A stretch of 59,274 bases of DNA from Candidatus Pacearchaeota archaeon (lineage in GTDB: Archaea > Nanobdellota > Nanobdellia > Pacearchaeales > GW2011-AR1). How positions within the stretch are numbered: position 1 is the first letter of the stretch; each line of letters starts with the position of its first letter. The translations under genes were made by a program, and so were the position numbers. Positions 20,706 through 29,017 of this stretch are shown piece after piece. The stretch covers positions 1 to 59,274 of the forward strand of contig JAWCQN010000004.1 of the NCBI GenBank assembly GCA_038869755.1, written 5' to 3'. The notes below the pieces were generated by a model. The model was not told the DNA's origin. It worked only from the letters and a program-made list of their open reading frames with translations, and made no database searches.

Positions 20706-20745
20706 AATACTTTTTAAATACTTAATTAATACTAAAATTAGTATT
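20706..20745 (-). promoter_or_regulatory. Candidate operator: AATACT x3 at 11-bp period plus one inverted copy
   Basis: AATACT at 20706, 20717, 20728; AATACTA-AAAT-TAGTATT inverted repeat 20728-20745; directly upstream of the AbrB-like gene. Confidence 0.45.
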
Positions 20746-20808
20746 TAAATTTATCTGATAGTTTTTATCAAAATTATTAAAAAATTTTTAATAATATGAA
20801 ATAACATA

Positions 20809-22164
20809 TCATGAAGTGAGGTTATAGCTTCCAGTATATTTTTCAAAACTCTTTGATTCTTTTTGAGTAACTTCCTGACTCTCTTTTAATGATTTTGCCA
20901 GATATTTAAGCCACCTTGCCATATCAAGTTTAATTTCATTAGTAAGGACATCTTCACTTTTTTCAAAATTATAGGAATTTTCTATCCAATACTTTCCTAT
21001 TTCAAACCTAACGAACAACCTATCGCCAACAACTTCTGCTTTCGTTATCTCAACACTTCCCTTCCCTGTTTTATATTTTAGCAAATCAAGCTCTTCTTCT
21101 GTTAAAACAAAATCACTGGCATTTTCAACTTTAAAATCAACACTAACATTAGAGGTGATATTGCCAGTTATATTTGATAATGTTTCGTTCTTCACAGATT
21201 GTTGAGAGGATTCGACATCAAGAATTGTATTAACAGAAACAATATTTTGGCCATTATAGTCTATTTTAATTGTTAATTCTCCTTCTTCAGGTTTTATACT
21301 TAGGGAATTTAAATCAATACTTAGCTTATAATCTGCATTATCTCCCAAAAATTCCTCACCGAATCCAGAATCGTCACTTTTAACCTCGTAGTCTGTTTTA
21401 ACAGTTACAACATTGCCTTCTATTTCCAGAGATACAGGTTGTGATGAAGAAGCTATTTCGGCGCTTTCACCTTTCTTAAGTTCATATGTATAGGGCGAAT
21501 TTTTTGATACTTTTCCTTTTATTTCATCTTTAATTGAAACTTCGGCAGCCACCTTTCCAGTAATAAAATTCCTTGCCCGGATAAAATTGCCTGTAAGCGG
21601 GTTAGAAGTAACTTGTTCATTCACTCTACCATTTTCCCCGGAAGATGTTTCTTGCTGCTGAGTAGTCTCCTGATTGGGTTTTTCTTTTGTTTTACCTGAT
21701 TCTTCTAAATTAACATTTTCCCCGGAAGATGTTTCTTGCTGCTGAGTAGTCTCCTGATTGGGTTTTTCTTTTGTAATAATAAGGGTAAAATCGACTTCTG
21801 GATAAATGGTTTTTTTACCGGGAATTCCATAACCTTCTCCATTTCCGGACAATGAAACACCTTCAGCATAAAAAGTGCCAGTAGTTGTCCCTTCATCTAA
21901 AATATCTGAAAGTTTGTATTCATAAGTCTTGGATTTTGTGCTAACAACAACAATAGAATCTGCAGGTATTAATTCACCTTCTTTCAAATAAAGAGACATG
22001 GCTCCTTCCAAACTCTCATTTTCTTTATAAGAAGTAGTTAAATCCAAGATTGCTTTTCCTGTAATATTTTTTCCAGTATTTATAAATTTCAAATATCCAA
22101 ATAAAACCACAATTAAAATTAACACCAAAATTACCAGAATAACATTATTAATTTTATTTTCCAT
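20809..22164 (-). CDS. Membrane-anchored extracellular protein with internal tandem duplication
   Basis: N-terminal TM followed by ITGKA; many N-x-S/T sequons; TKEKPNQETTQQQETSSGEN present twice. Confidence 0.75.
   Translation of the reverse strand: MENKINNVILVILVLILIVVLFGYLKFINTGKNITGKAILDLTTSYKENESLEGAMSLYLKEGELIPADSIVVVSTKSKTYEYKLSDILDEGTTTGTFYAEGVSLSGNGEGYGIPGKKTIYPEVDFTLIITKEKPNQETTQQQETSSGENVNLEESGKTKEKPNQETTQQQETSSGENGRVNEQVTSNPLTGNFIRARNFITGKVAAEVSIKDEIKGKVSKNSPYTYELKKGESAEIASSSQPVSLEIEGNVVTVKTDYEVKSDDSGFGEEFLGDNADYKLSIDLNSLSIKPEEGELTIKIDYNGQNIVSVNTILDVESSQQSVKNETLSNITGNITSNVSVDFKVENASDFVLTEEELDLLKYKTGKGSVEITKAEVVGDRLFVRFEIGKYWIENSYNFEKSEDVLTNEIKLDMARWLKYLAKSLKESQEVTQKESKSFEKYTGSYNLTS
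21630..21774. repeat. Exact 61-bp direct repeat (period 84 bp, in frame) inside the 451-aa gene
   Basis: 21630-21690 identical to 21714-21774. Confidence 0.95.
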
Positions 22165-22165
22165 A

Positions 22166-22873
22166 TTAGTTTGTTAATTCTACTGATGTGACTACATTTC
22201 CCCATTTAATATTTTCACTGCCCTTAGAGACATAAACAGAGATGATGTCCCCGGGTTTATAACTCACTATCCCCTCAGATTGAATGTCAAAATCAATTTT
22301 CTCGGAATCTGAACTTGAAATCAAATTACCAAACCCTGTATCTTCTCCATTTTTATAGACCCTAATATAAACATCCCCCTCTCCCTCAGGAATTTCCAAG
22401 CTCGTTGAAATTCCAGTAACACTACCAGATCTTAACATTACATAACCTAAATTTTCATTTAGCTTAACCCCGCTTGAAGATTCCAGATAAGAGGAACTTG
22501 ATAAAATTCCAGAATAACCAAAAAATAAAGTTTGAATATTTTTTGTTTTATCTTCTAATTTTTTAAATTCATTAGAAGAGTATGTGACTACAAAAACTTT
22601 TTTTGATTCATTATTTTTTGTATAATTTACCTCATAAATTCCAACTTTATTTTCATCTATTTTCTTTATATCTATATCATTAGGAAGCCCGCTTTGATCT
22701 ACTTTTTCTATGTTTTTTATATCACTTTCAACGATTCCGGTTTTATTAATAAATTCTTTAATATACTTCTCTTCATTTTCTGAAATAATACCGGAATTAG
22801 AGAAGGATTGAGCAACGACTAAACCTGCTAACACTATTACAAGTATTAAAAATATCAAACCCTCTTTTTTCAT
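22166..22873 (-). CDS. Secreted protein with beta-rich C-terminal domain
   Basis: Signal peptide MKKEGLIFLILVIVLAGLVVA; 1-nt gap to the next gene. Confidence 0.7.
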   Translation of the reverse strand: MKKEGLIFLILVIVLAGLVVAQSFSNSGIISENEEKYIKEFINKTGIVESDIKNIEKVDQSGLPNDIDIKKIDENKVGIYEVNYTKNNESKKVFVVTYSSNEFKKLEDKTKNIQTLFFGYSGILSSSSYLESSSGVKLNENLGYVMLRSGSVTGISTSLEIPEGEGDVYIRVYKNGEDTGFGNLISSSDSEKIDFDIQSEGIVSYKPGDIISVYVSKGSENIKWGNVVTSVELTN

Positions 22874-22882
22874 TTTTACAAA

Positions 22883-23131
22883 TTATAGATTACTTGCCTG
22901 TTGTGAAGCATTGTACTTTACCAAAATAATTGATTCATTCCCTGTTGTTAAGACAACATATCCATTTTGATTAGCCAAATCAATTATATACCGGACTACT
23001 TTTTCCTGAGCAGCTACGTCTTTCTGTATAAAATATCCCTGAATCTTAGGGCCAAGAAAAACCACATAAATAAGAGCTATTGTTAATAAAATAATTATTA
23101 TTATGGCTATTGCAAATTTTTTATCTCTCAT
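22883..23131 (-). CDS. Small single-TM protein
   Basis: 82 aa, N-terminal hydrophobic helix, operonic with surface-protein genes. Confidence 0.65.
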   Translation of the reverse strand: MRDKKFAIAIIIIILLTIALIYVVFLGPKIQGYFIQKDVAAQEKVVRYIIDLANQNGYVVLTTGNESIILVKYNASQQASNL

Positions 23132-23241
23132 TTTACAACTAAATTAATAATAAATAAATGAAAAACAAGTTTAAAAATATTCTTATTATACGGAAAATAG
23201 AAATTTTAAGAGCCGGCAATACTAAACATAAAAAGAGAAAA

Positions 23242-24450
23242 TTAAATAATTTCTCCAAAACCAATAAGCCTCCAATGACCCTGAATATTCCTTGCAATAC
23301 CAACATTATCCCCTTTAAATGGAACTATTGGAATATTGAGTTCCAAATCAAGCTCATCTCCTTTAATATGAAGTATTTTCCCGACAGTTATTGAAGTATT
23401 AATACTTAACATCAATAATTCACCAGGTTTAAAATCTTCAACCTCCAAATGCCCTTCAGCACCTAACACCTCTTTAAAATGGTGTGCATTGAGTTTAATC
23501 CTGTTTACAATATCTGGAAGATTCCCTTTTATGCTAACAACACAGCCTGATAAAGAATCTGCTTTTGTTATGGACATATCAAGTTCACTCTCTATAGCCA
23601 AACTCCCGCCTGGACCGGCTTCATTGACTGAATACTCTCCCCTATGAAGAGAAATAATTTTTGTTTTCACCGTTTCATAAAGAATCTGATTCCTCTCTTT
23701 TTTCAAAATGCCCGGCTTTATCTCAATTTCATCCCCAACTTTTAAAATTCCTTTTTTTAGTGAGCCACCTAAAACTCCACCATGCAAGTCAATTGCTTTT
23801 GTACCGGGCCTGTTAATGTCAAAACTTCTTGCAACAACAAAAAGCGGTTTTGAAACAACATCCCTTTTTGGAATATCCAAAGAAGCAATTGCAGAATAAA
23901 TTTTATCCAAATTTATTTTTTGCTGTGCGCTAACAGGAATTATTGGACAATTTTCAGCTATACTATCTTTAACAAATTCTTTTATCTCTTTATAATTTTT
24001 CAGTGCCTGCTCTTTACTAACTAAGTCTACCTTATTCTGAACAATGATTATCTGGGAAACTTTTTTTGCCTGCAATGCAACCAAATGCTCTCTTGTTTGT
24101 GGTTTAATGCCTTCATTAGCAGCTATAACAAGAAGAGCTGCATCAATAATGGCAGCTCCAGACAACATTGTTGCCATCAACATCTCATGTCCTGGAACAT
24201 CAACAAAGCTCACATATCTATAAGGCTCTCCATCATCCTTATTAAAACCATCTTTATTCTTTCTCAAAATTATATCAGCATACCCTAATTTTATTGTGAT
24301 TCCACGCTTCAGTTCCTCAGAGTGAGTATCTGTAAACTTACCTGTTAAAGCATATAACAAAGTAGTTTTTCCGTGGTCTATATGTCCAACTACTCCAACA
24401 TTTAAAATAGGTAGTTTTTCAACATCAGTTTTATTTTTCTCTCTTGTCAT
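23242..24450 (-). CDS. eif2g: Translation initiation factor 2 subunit gamma (aIF2-gamma)
   Basis: GHIDHGKTT, DTHSEELKRGITIKLGY, DVPGHE.LMATMLSGA, QNKVD, RSFDINRPG, WRLIGFG. Confidence 0.97.
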   Translation of the reverse strand: MTREKNKTDVEKLPILNVGVVGHIDHGKTTLLYALTGKFTDTHSEELKRGITIKLGYADIILRKNKDGFNKDDGEPYRYVSFVDVPGHEMLMATMLSGAAIIDAALLVIAANEGIKPQTREHLVALQAKKVSQIIIVQNKVDLVSKEQALKNYKEIKEFVKDSIAENCPIIPVSAQQKINLDKIYSAIASLDIPKRDVVSKPLFVVARSFDINRPGTKAIDLHGGVLGGSLKKGILKVGDEIEIKPGILKKERNQILYETVKTKIISLHRGEYSVNEAGPGGSLAIESELDMSITKADSLSGCVVSIKGNLPDIVNRIKLNAHHFKEVLGAEGHLEVEDFKPGELLMLSINTSITVGKILHIKGDELDLELNIPIVPFKGDNVGIARNIQGHWRLIGFGEII

Positions 24451-24524
24451 GAAATACTTTAGAATAAGGTATTTTTAAAGGTGGTGGTTTTGTCTAATCT
24501 TTTTCCTAAAATATGATTTTGAAA

Positions 24525-24785
24525 TCAATCTCCACACTCAATATACCAATCCAAATATTCATCACTATTTATTAATTCTTCTGCCTCTTTTGTATTAGTA
24601 AAACCATAAAGTTCTCCTCTCCAATAACTTATCTTCACTAAACCTAGTTTCTCAAATTTTTTGATAATCTCAAATGTTTTCTTTTCTCCCAAAGATTTTG
24701 CTAATTTTTCATGCGTATTAACACCAAGCCCTACAATTTTATAAAGAATCTGATACTCTTCCTTAGATAATTTAATTTTATTCAT
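24525..24785 (-). CDS. Hypothetical protein, possible winged-helix
   Basis: L...EYQIL......T...LAK.LG.....IIKKFEKLGLVK resembles wHTH. Confidence 0.55.
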   Translation of the reverse strand: MNKIKLSKEEYQILYKIVGLGVNTHEKLAKSLGEKKTFEIIKKFEKLGLVKISYWRGELYGFTNTKEAEELINSDEYLDWYIECGD

Positions 24786-24815
24786 TCAAAAAGTATTATA
24801 CTACAAATAATAAAT

Positions 24816-25220
24816 TTATTCCTTATTTTCCTTATTCTTGCCAGCACCCTGATCTGGAAAGATATCTTCTAATTTTTTCCCGCCTTCTTTTACAACGTTA
24901 AGGTTTATTTGAACTGTACTGGAAGATATCTCATTACCCCTGACAGTTTTTTTCCTCCGAAATCCTTTATGTGGAACGCTTCTTAAAAAAGGCCCTTTTG
25001 TAAGTAGAACCTTCCTTAATGCAGGTCCTTGGACATCCCTCTTACCAGGAAATCCTGATTTATCACTAGTCCCTCTAATTTCCAACTCATATCCGGACAA
25101 ATCTCCAGAAAGCTCTTTTCCAGAAAATTTATCTCCTATTTTTTTTCCGATTAAAAATTCTGATTCAGTTTCTAATTTATAGGTTTTTCCTTTACTTGAA
25201 ATATTAATTTTAAATGCCAT
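24816..25220 (-). CDS. rps6e: 30S ribosomal protein S6e
   Basis: FKINIS, LIGKKIGD, GYELEIRGTSDKSGFP, GFRRKKTVRGN, QINL; next to eif2g, the usual archaeal arrangement. Confidence 0.95.
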   Translation of the reverse strand: MAFKINISSKGKTYKLETESEFLIGKKIGDKFSGKELSGDLSGYELEIRGTSDKSGFPGKRDVQGPALRKVLLTKGPFLRSVPHKGFRRKKTVRGNEISSSTVQINLNVVKEGGKKLEDIFPDQGAGKNKENKE

Positions 25221-25271
25221 TAGCTATGATAAAAGAAATGCATTTTTAAAGGTTGCTGTCATAATTAGTTA

Positions 25272-26036
25272 ATGTTAAATGAAATCATCCTATCAGTAAT
25301 TCAGGCAGCTACAGAGTTTCTGCCAGTATCAAGTTCAGGACATTTGGCGCTATACTCAAATATTTTCTCAGAACCTGATTTGTTTTTTATATCTTTTCTA
25401 CATGTAGCCTCTTTATTAGCAATATTAGTATTTACAAGAAAAGAAATTTATCAGTTAATAAACTTTAATAAAAATTACAGAAAACTATGGTTGTATATTA
25501 TAATTGCCACAATCCCGGGAGCATTAGCAGGATTTTTATTTAAAAAATATATTGAAGCTTCTTTATACTCATTTTTATTTTTGGGAATTGCTTTTATGTT
25601 TACCGGAACCGTATTATTTTTAACTAAAAATTTTAATGGAAACAATAAGTTAAATTATAAAAATTCCATAATAATAGGGATTTTTCAGGTACTTGCTTTA
25701 TTCCCGGGAATTTCAAGAAGCGGAATGACGATTTCCTCTGCAATTTTTTTAGGGATAGAAAGAGAAAAAGCTACTAAATTCTCTTTCTTACTTTTTATCC
25801 CTCTCTCAATAGGAGCATTCACACTTGAAATGTTTGAGTATTACAAAAGCAATATAGAAATAAATATACCAATCTTAACTTTAATAGTTTCATTTATTAT
25901 TTGTTTTATATTAAGCCTTTTATTTCTTAACCTTGTCCTTTACATTATTAAAAAAGAAAAATTCTGGATGTTTTCTATATACTGTTTTGCAATAGGAATA
26001 ATAATTTTGATGCTAAATTTTCTTTACCCTGCCTAA
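25272..26036 (+). CDS. uppP: Undecaprenyl-diphosphate phosphatase (BacA/UppP)
   Basis: QAATEFLPVSSSGHL and ALFPGISRSGMT motifs; multiple TMs. Confidence 0.93.
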   Translation: MLNEIILSVIQAATEFLPVSSSGHLALYSNIFSEPDLFFISFLHVASLLAILVFTRKEIYQLINFNKNYRKLWLYIIIATIPGALAGFLFKKYIEASLYSFLFLGIAFMFTGTVLFLTKNFNGNNKLNYKNSIIIGIFQVLALFPGISRSGMTISSAIFLGIEREKATKFSFLLFIPLSIGAFTLEMFEYYKSNIEINIPILTLIVSFIICFILSLLFLNLVLYIIKKEKFWMFSIYCFAIGIIILMLNFLYPA

Positions 26037-26929
26037 CAAACCATGCTCAAAGCAGGAACCGAATTAAACTTATCCCAAAGAGTGTTTATCTCTGAAAAAT
26101 AAGTATCGGTTTTTGTCCCAAGATAATTTTTAATTTTTTCCTTAGACCACCAGTTTATCAAACTGTTATCTGCCTTTAAAAAATATCCTTTTTTATTTCC
26201 AAAATAAAACCTGAAATTTTTATTTTTAACAAAATATCTAAAATCATGGTTATATGGAAAAAAACTCTTGGATGCAATTATTCCAATGCCTTCTCTAAAC
26301 ATCCTGATAAAATCAGCGTCTCTTGAAACCAAAGCCGGAATTTTATCTGAATACATAGCAACATAAAGAGTAGCTGCAACAAGTCTTTCATCAGTATCAT
26401 TTGATTTTCTTGGTCCATTATAACTGCCAACTCTTTTTGTTTTGGAAACATTTTCTTTCCATCTCTTGGAATCAAATTTAAAATGAAAATAGTCCTCTGT
26501 TGTTTTTATTATATCTAAAAGAAAGATATATCTTGTATCTAAGAGTTCAATATTGGACGTCCGGGAGGATTCATAAGCTGTAATCATACTATATTTTAAT
26601 AAATCAAGCTTATCAAGTAATTTTTTTTGATCATGTGAAATCTTTCCATTATCTCTAACCCTCTTTGAAATATCATTAAGGACCCTAAGAGGCCTCTTAA
26701 TTTCAACACTTACTTCATTGATTGTTCTTACATTTGGTCTTTTGAAAGAATTGTTAAAAAGGGAGTAAGATAAAAGATATTTATCAATCAATCTCTCATT
26801 AAGCTGATTACACTGATATATACCAATAAGATACCTCAATAATGAAGGTTCAATCAGACAACAAGTATCCAGTATTACAAGCTGTTCAGATTCAATTATT
26901 TCATCCAAACTTAAACTTTTCTGAAGCAT
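26033..26929 (-). CDS. PIN-like domain protein
   Basis: VILDTCCL, V..E, TDERLVA, VSRDADF give the four acidic positions typical of PIN nucleases. Confidence 0.55.
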   Translation of the reverse strand: MLQKSLSLDEIIESEQLVILDTCCLIEPSLLRYLIGIYQCNQLNERLIDKYLLSYSLFNNSFKRPNVRTINEVSVEIKRPLRVLNDISKRVRDNGKISHDQKKLLDKLDLLKYSMITAYESSRTSNIELLDTRYIFLLDIIKTTEDYFHFKFDSKRWKENVSKTKRVGSYNGPRKSNDTDERLVAATLYVAMYSDKIPALVSRDADFIRMFREGIGIIASKSFFPYNHDFRYFVKNKNFRFYFGNKKGYFLKADNSLINWWSKEKIKNYLGTKTDTYFSEINTLWDKFNSVPALSMVC

Positions 26930-26999
26930 TATTCGTCTATAAATAAAACATTTTTAAAGATTTATATAATTTATAATACTTCTCTAAAATAAATTAAAA

Positions 27000-27920
27000 T
27001 CAGAGAACATTAAATTTGTTGTCTCTTTGCTCTGGATTAGATTGTGAGCCAAATTGTCCGGTGTTTTGAGCATTATTTTTTTCTTGCCTCAGGCTTTCAA
27101 GCTCTTTTTTAGCTTCATCAAATTTTCTTTGAGCTTCTGCAAACCTGTCTTCTCTGGATTTTTCAACTAAAGGCCTTTTTTGTGGCTCTGTTAATCTGGC
27201 AGATCGTGCTTTAATATCCTGAATCTCCTTTTGCGCCTGTTTTATTTTTCTCTCTGCAGCTTCCAATTCTTTATCATAAAAGACTATAGGAGGTTTGTTA
27301 TCAGTATAATACTCTCCCTTACTCAAATTATTTCCGCGTTTGTAGAATATCATCAAAATAAGAAGAACAATTAAAACAAAAACAGATGCCCACAAAAAAT
27401 AATTATATTTTCCCGAAAGCAAACTTTTAATTGATAATCCTTCAAAAACAGATTTTTCTTGGCGAGAGGATGTTTCATCCAAGGGAGAAAGAGAAGTACT
27501 AATAGAGACATTTAAGTTACTTACATTATTCGCCTCCAAATTTGTCTTAACATTTTCCTGAGCAGAAAAATTATTGGAAGACAAAACATCAGATTCATTT
27601 ACCAAAACATAAAGTGTTATATTTCCGCCAGCAGGAATATTTTTCAGCCTCTCATAAAAAACTTTTTTATCATCTTTCTTTATTAATACTTGGACTCCTA
27701 ATTCAGATTTATCTCCTGTAAATAAAACATTAATTTTCCCGTCAAAACCTGTACGATAAATATAGCTCTGCAGAGAATTATAGGTTTCTCCCGGATCAAG
27801 CACAAAAAAAGTAACCTCATGAAAAGGCAAGGTGTATAAAGTAATATTTGTATCAATAGCACTTGATAATGGAATTAAAAACAGATAAATAAATGCTGCT
27901 ATCAACAAAACCCTTTTCAT
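27000..27920 (-). CDS. Type I membrane protein with cytoplasmic coiled coil
   Basis: Signal peptide, internal TM FLWASVFVLIVLLILMIFY, C-terminal helical repeats. Confidence 0.7.
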   Translation of the reverse strand: MKRVLLIAAFIYLFLIPLSSAIDTNITLYTLPFHEVTFFVLDPGETYNSLQSYIYRTGFDGKINVLFTGDKSELGVQVLIKKDDKKVFYERLKNIPAGGNITLYVLVNESDVLSSNNFSAQENVKTNLEANNVSNLNVSISTSLSPLDETSSRQEKSVFEGLSIKSLLSGKYNYFLWASVFVLIVLLILMIFYKRGNNLSKGEYYTDNKPPIVFYDKELEAAERKIKQAQKEIQDIKARSARLTEPQKRPLVEKSREDRFAEAQRKFDEAKKELESLRQEKNNAQNTGQFGSQSNPEQRDNKFNVL

Positions 27921-27999
27921 AATAATACAAATCCCTACTTGTTTATAAAGATTTTCCTAAATATTACAAAAGCCAAATAATTTATTGCAAAAAATTATA

Positions 28000-28072
28000 T
28001 GCCCCCACCGGGATTCGAACCCGGGTCAAAGCCTCGAAAGGGCTTTATGCTTGGCCTCTACACCATAGGGGC
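28000..28072 (-). tRNA. tRNA-Glu(UUC)
   Basis: Cloverleaf GCCCCTA...AAGCC-CTTTCGA-GGCTT...CCGGG-TTCGAAT-CCCGG-TGGGGGC-A; no encoded CCA. Confidence 0.95.
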
Positions 28073-28158
28073 ATAATTCTCCTAAACAAAGGTTAACATA
28101 AATTAGAAATTAAATCAGAAAATAGTTTTTAAACCTAACTATATTGCTTAAACTATCA

Positions 28159-28500
28159 TTAAATTTTAAGTTTTTTTGCGTAATCACTAATAAAAAAGAC
28201 GCCTTTTTTCTCTCCGCTTAATGCAAAAATCCAGCTCATAATCCAAAAAATAATAAAAAAAGAATAAACTACTACACTGATAAATGAACCTATTAAAGGG
28301 ATTAAGGAAGTCCCATAACCAATTATTAAAACTATAAAAATTACCAGAGATTGTTTGGCATAAAACATAACATATTCCTTATCATTCCAGAGAGTTATTG
28401 CAAGAATAAATCCAACTATACTTAAAAAAGTTGTAATAAAAGCCAGAAAATTATCCTCTTCAATCAAATTTATTTTATCCTTATACTTTTTTTTAACCAT
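28159..28500 (-). CDS. Small membrane protein (DUF4870/Tic20-like)
   Basis: AFITTFLSIVGFI...YVMFYAKQSL...IPLIG...WI.ALSGE pattern; 3 TMs. Confidence 0.7.
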   Translation of the reverse strand: MVKKKYKDKINLIEEDNFLAFITTFLSIVGFILAITLWNDKEYVMFYAKQSLVIFIVLIIGYGTSLIPLIGSFISVVVYSFFIIFWIMSWIFALSGEKKGVFFISDYAKKLKI

Positions 28501-28563
28501 TAAATAACTAATAAAAAGTCTTTTTTAAAACTTTTTCTATCCTGCAACCACAGGCAAGATATA

Positions 28564-28692
28564 TGAGCCTGCCCAGATTTGAACTGGGGACCCCTGGCTC
28601 TCTTAGACTTTTTTCCTGACTAAGAGAAAAACAATCCTCATAGATTGTTGTCATATAAGACCAGTGCTCTAACCTGACTGAGCTACAGGCTC
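28564..28692 (-). tRNA. tRNA-Ile(UAU) with 54-nt intron (28600..28653) at position 37/38
   Basis: GAGCCTG acceptor, GCTC/GAGC D-stem, CTGGT-CT-TAT-A|intron|A-GCCAG, CCCAG-TTCAAAT-CTGGG; strict BHB: CTTA/TAAG helix, bulges TAT and AGA, flanking GAC/GTC helix. Confidence 0.92.
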
Positions 28693-28766
28693 ATGAGACT
28701 TAGCTCTAACCTTCCAAATTTCGGAGAGTTAATAAAGATGCTTCCATTATTGAGCTACAGGCTCAT
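28693..28766 (-). repeat. Duplicated 5' end of tRNA-Ile with hairpin insert, lying between the promoter and the tRNA
   Basis: TGAGCTACAGGCTCAT at 28679-28694 and 28751-28766; GCTCTAACCT at 28666-28675 and 28703-28712; TATA at 28788-28795. Confidence 0.85.
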
Positions 28767-28862
28767 ACATTTCTAAAAAATAAGTTGTATTTAAAGATTC
28801 CTGATTAAACTAATATATTTAAGAAAAGATAATTTTTTAAACTGATAAATTTATTAAAAGTA

Positions 28863-28985
28863 ATGAAAGAGGAATATGAAGAAGAATTTTCTGATGATCT
28901 GTCTGATGACGATCTCCCATTTGAAGATGATGAAGATGAAGATTCAAATGGGAACGATGATGAAGATGAAGATTTAAGTTATTAG
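28863..28985 (+). CDS. Extremely acidic 40-aa microprotein (not in ORF track)
   Basis: MKEEYEEEFSDDLSDDDLPFEDDEDEDSNGNDDEDEDLSY; TATA-like TTTTTAAA ~25 nt upstream; T-rich tract downstream. Confidence 0.65.
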   Translation: MKEEYEEEFSDDLSDDDLPFEDDEDEDSNGNDDEDEDLSY

Positions 28986-29017
28986 TATTCCATAACCTAA
29001 TTTAATTTTTTTCTTTT

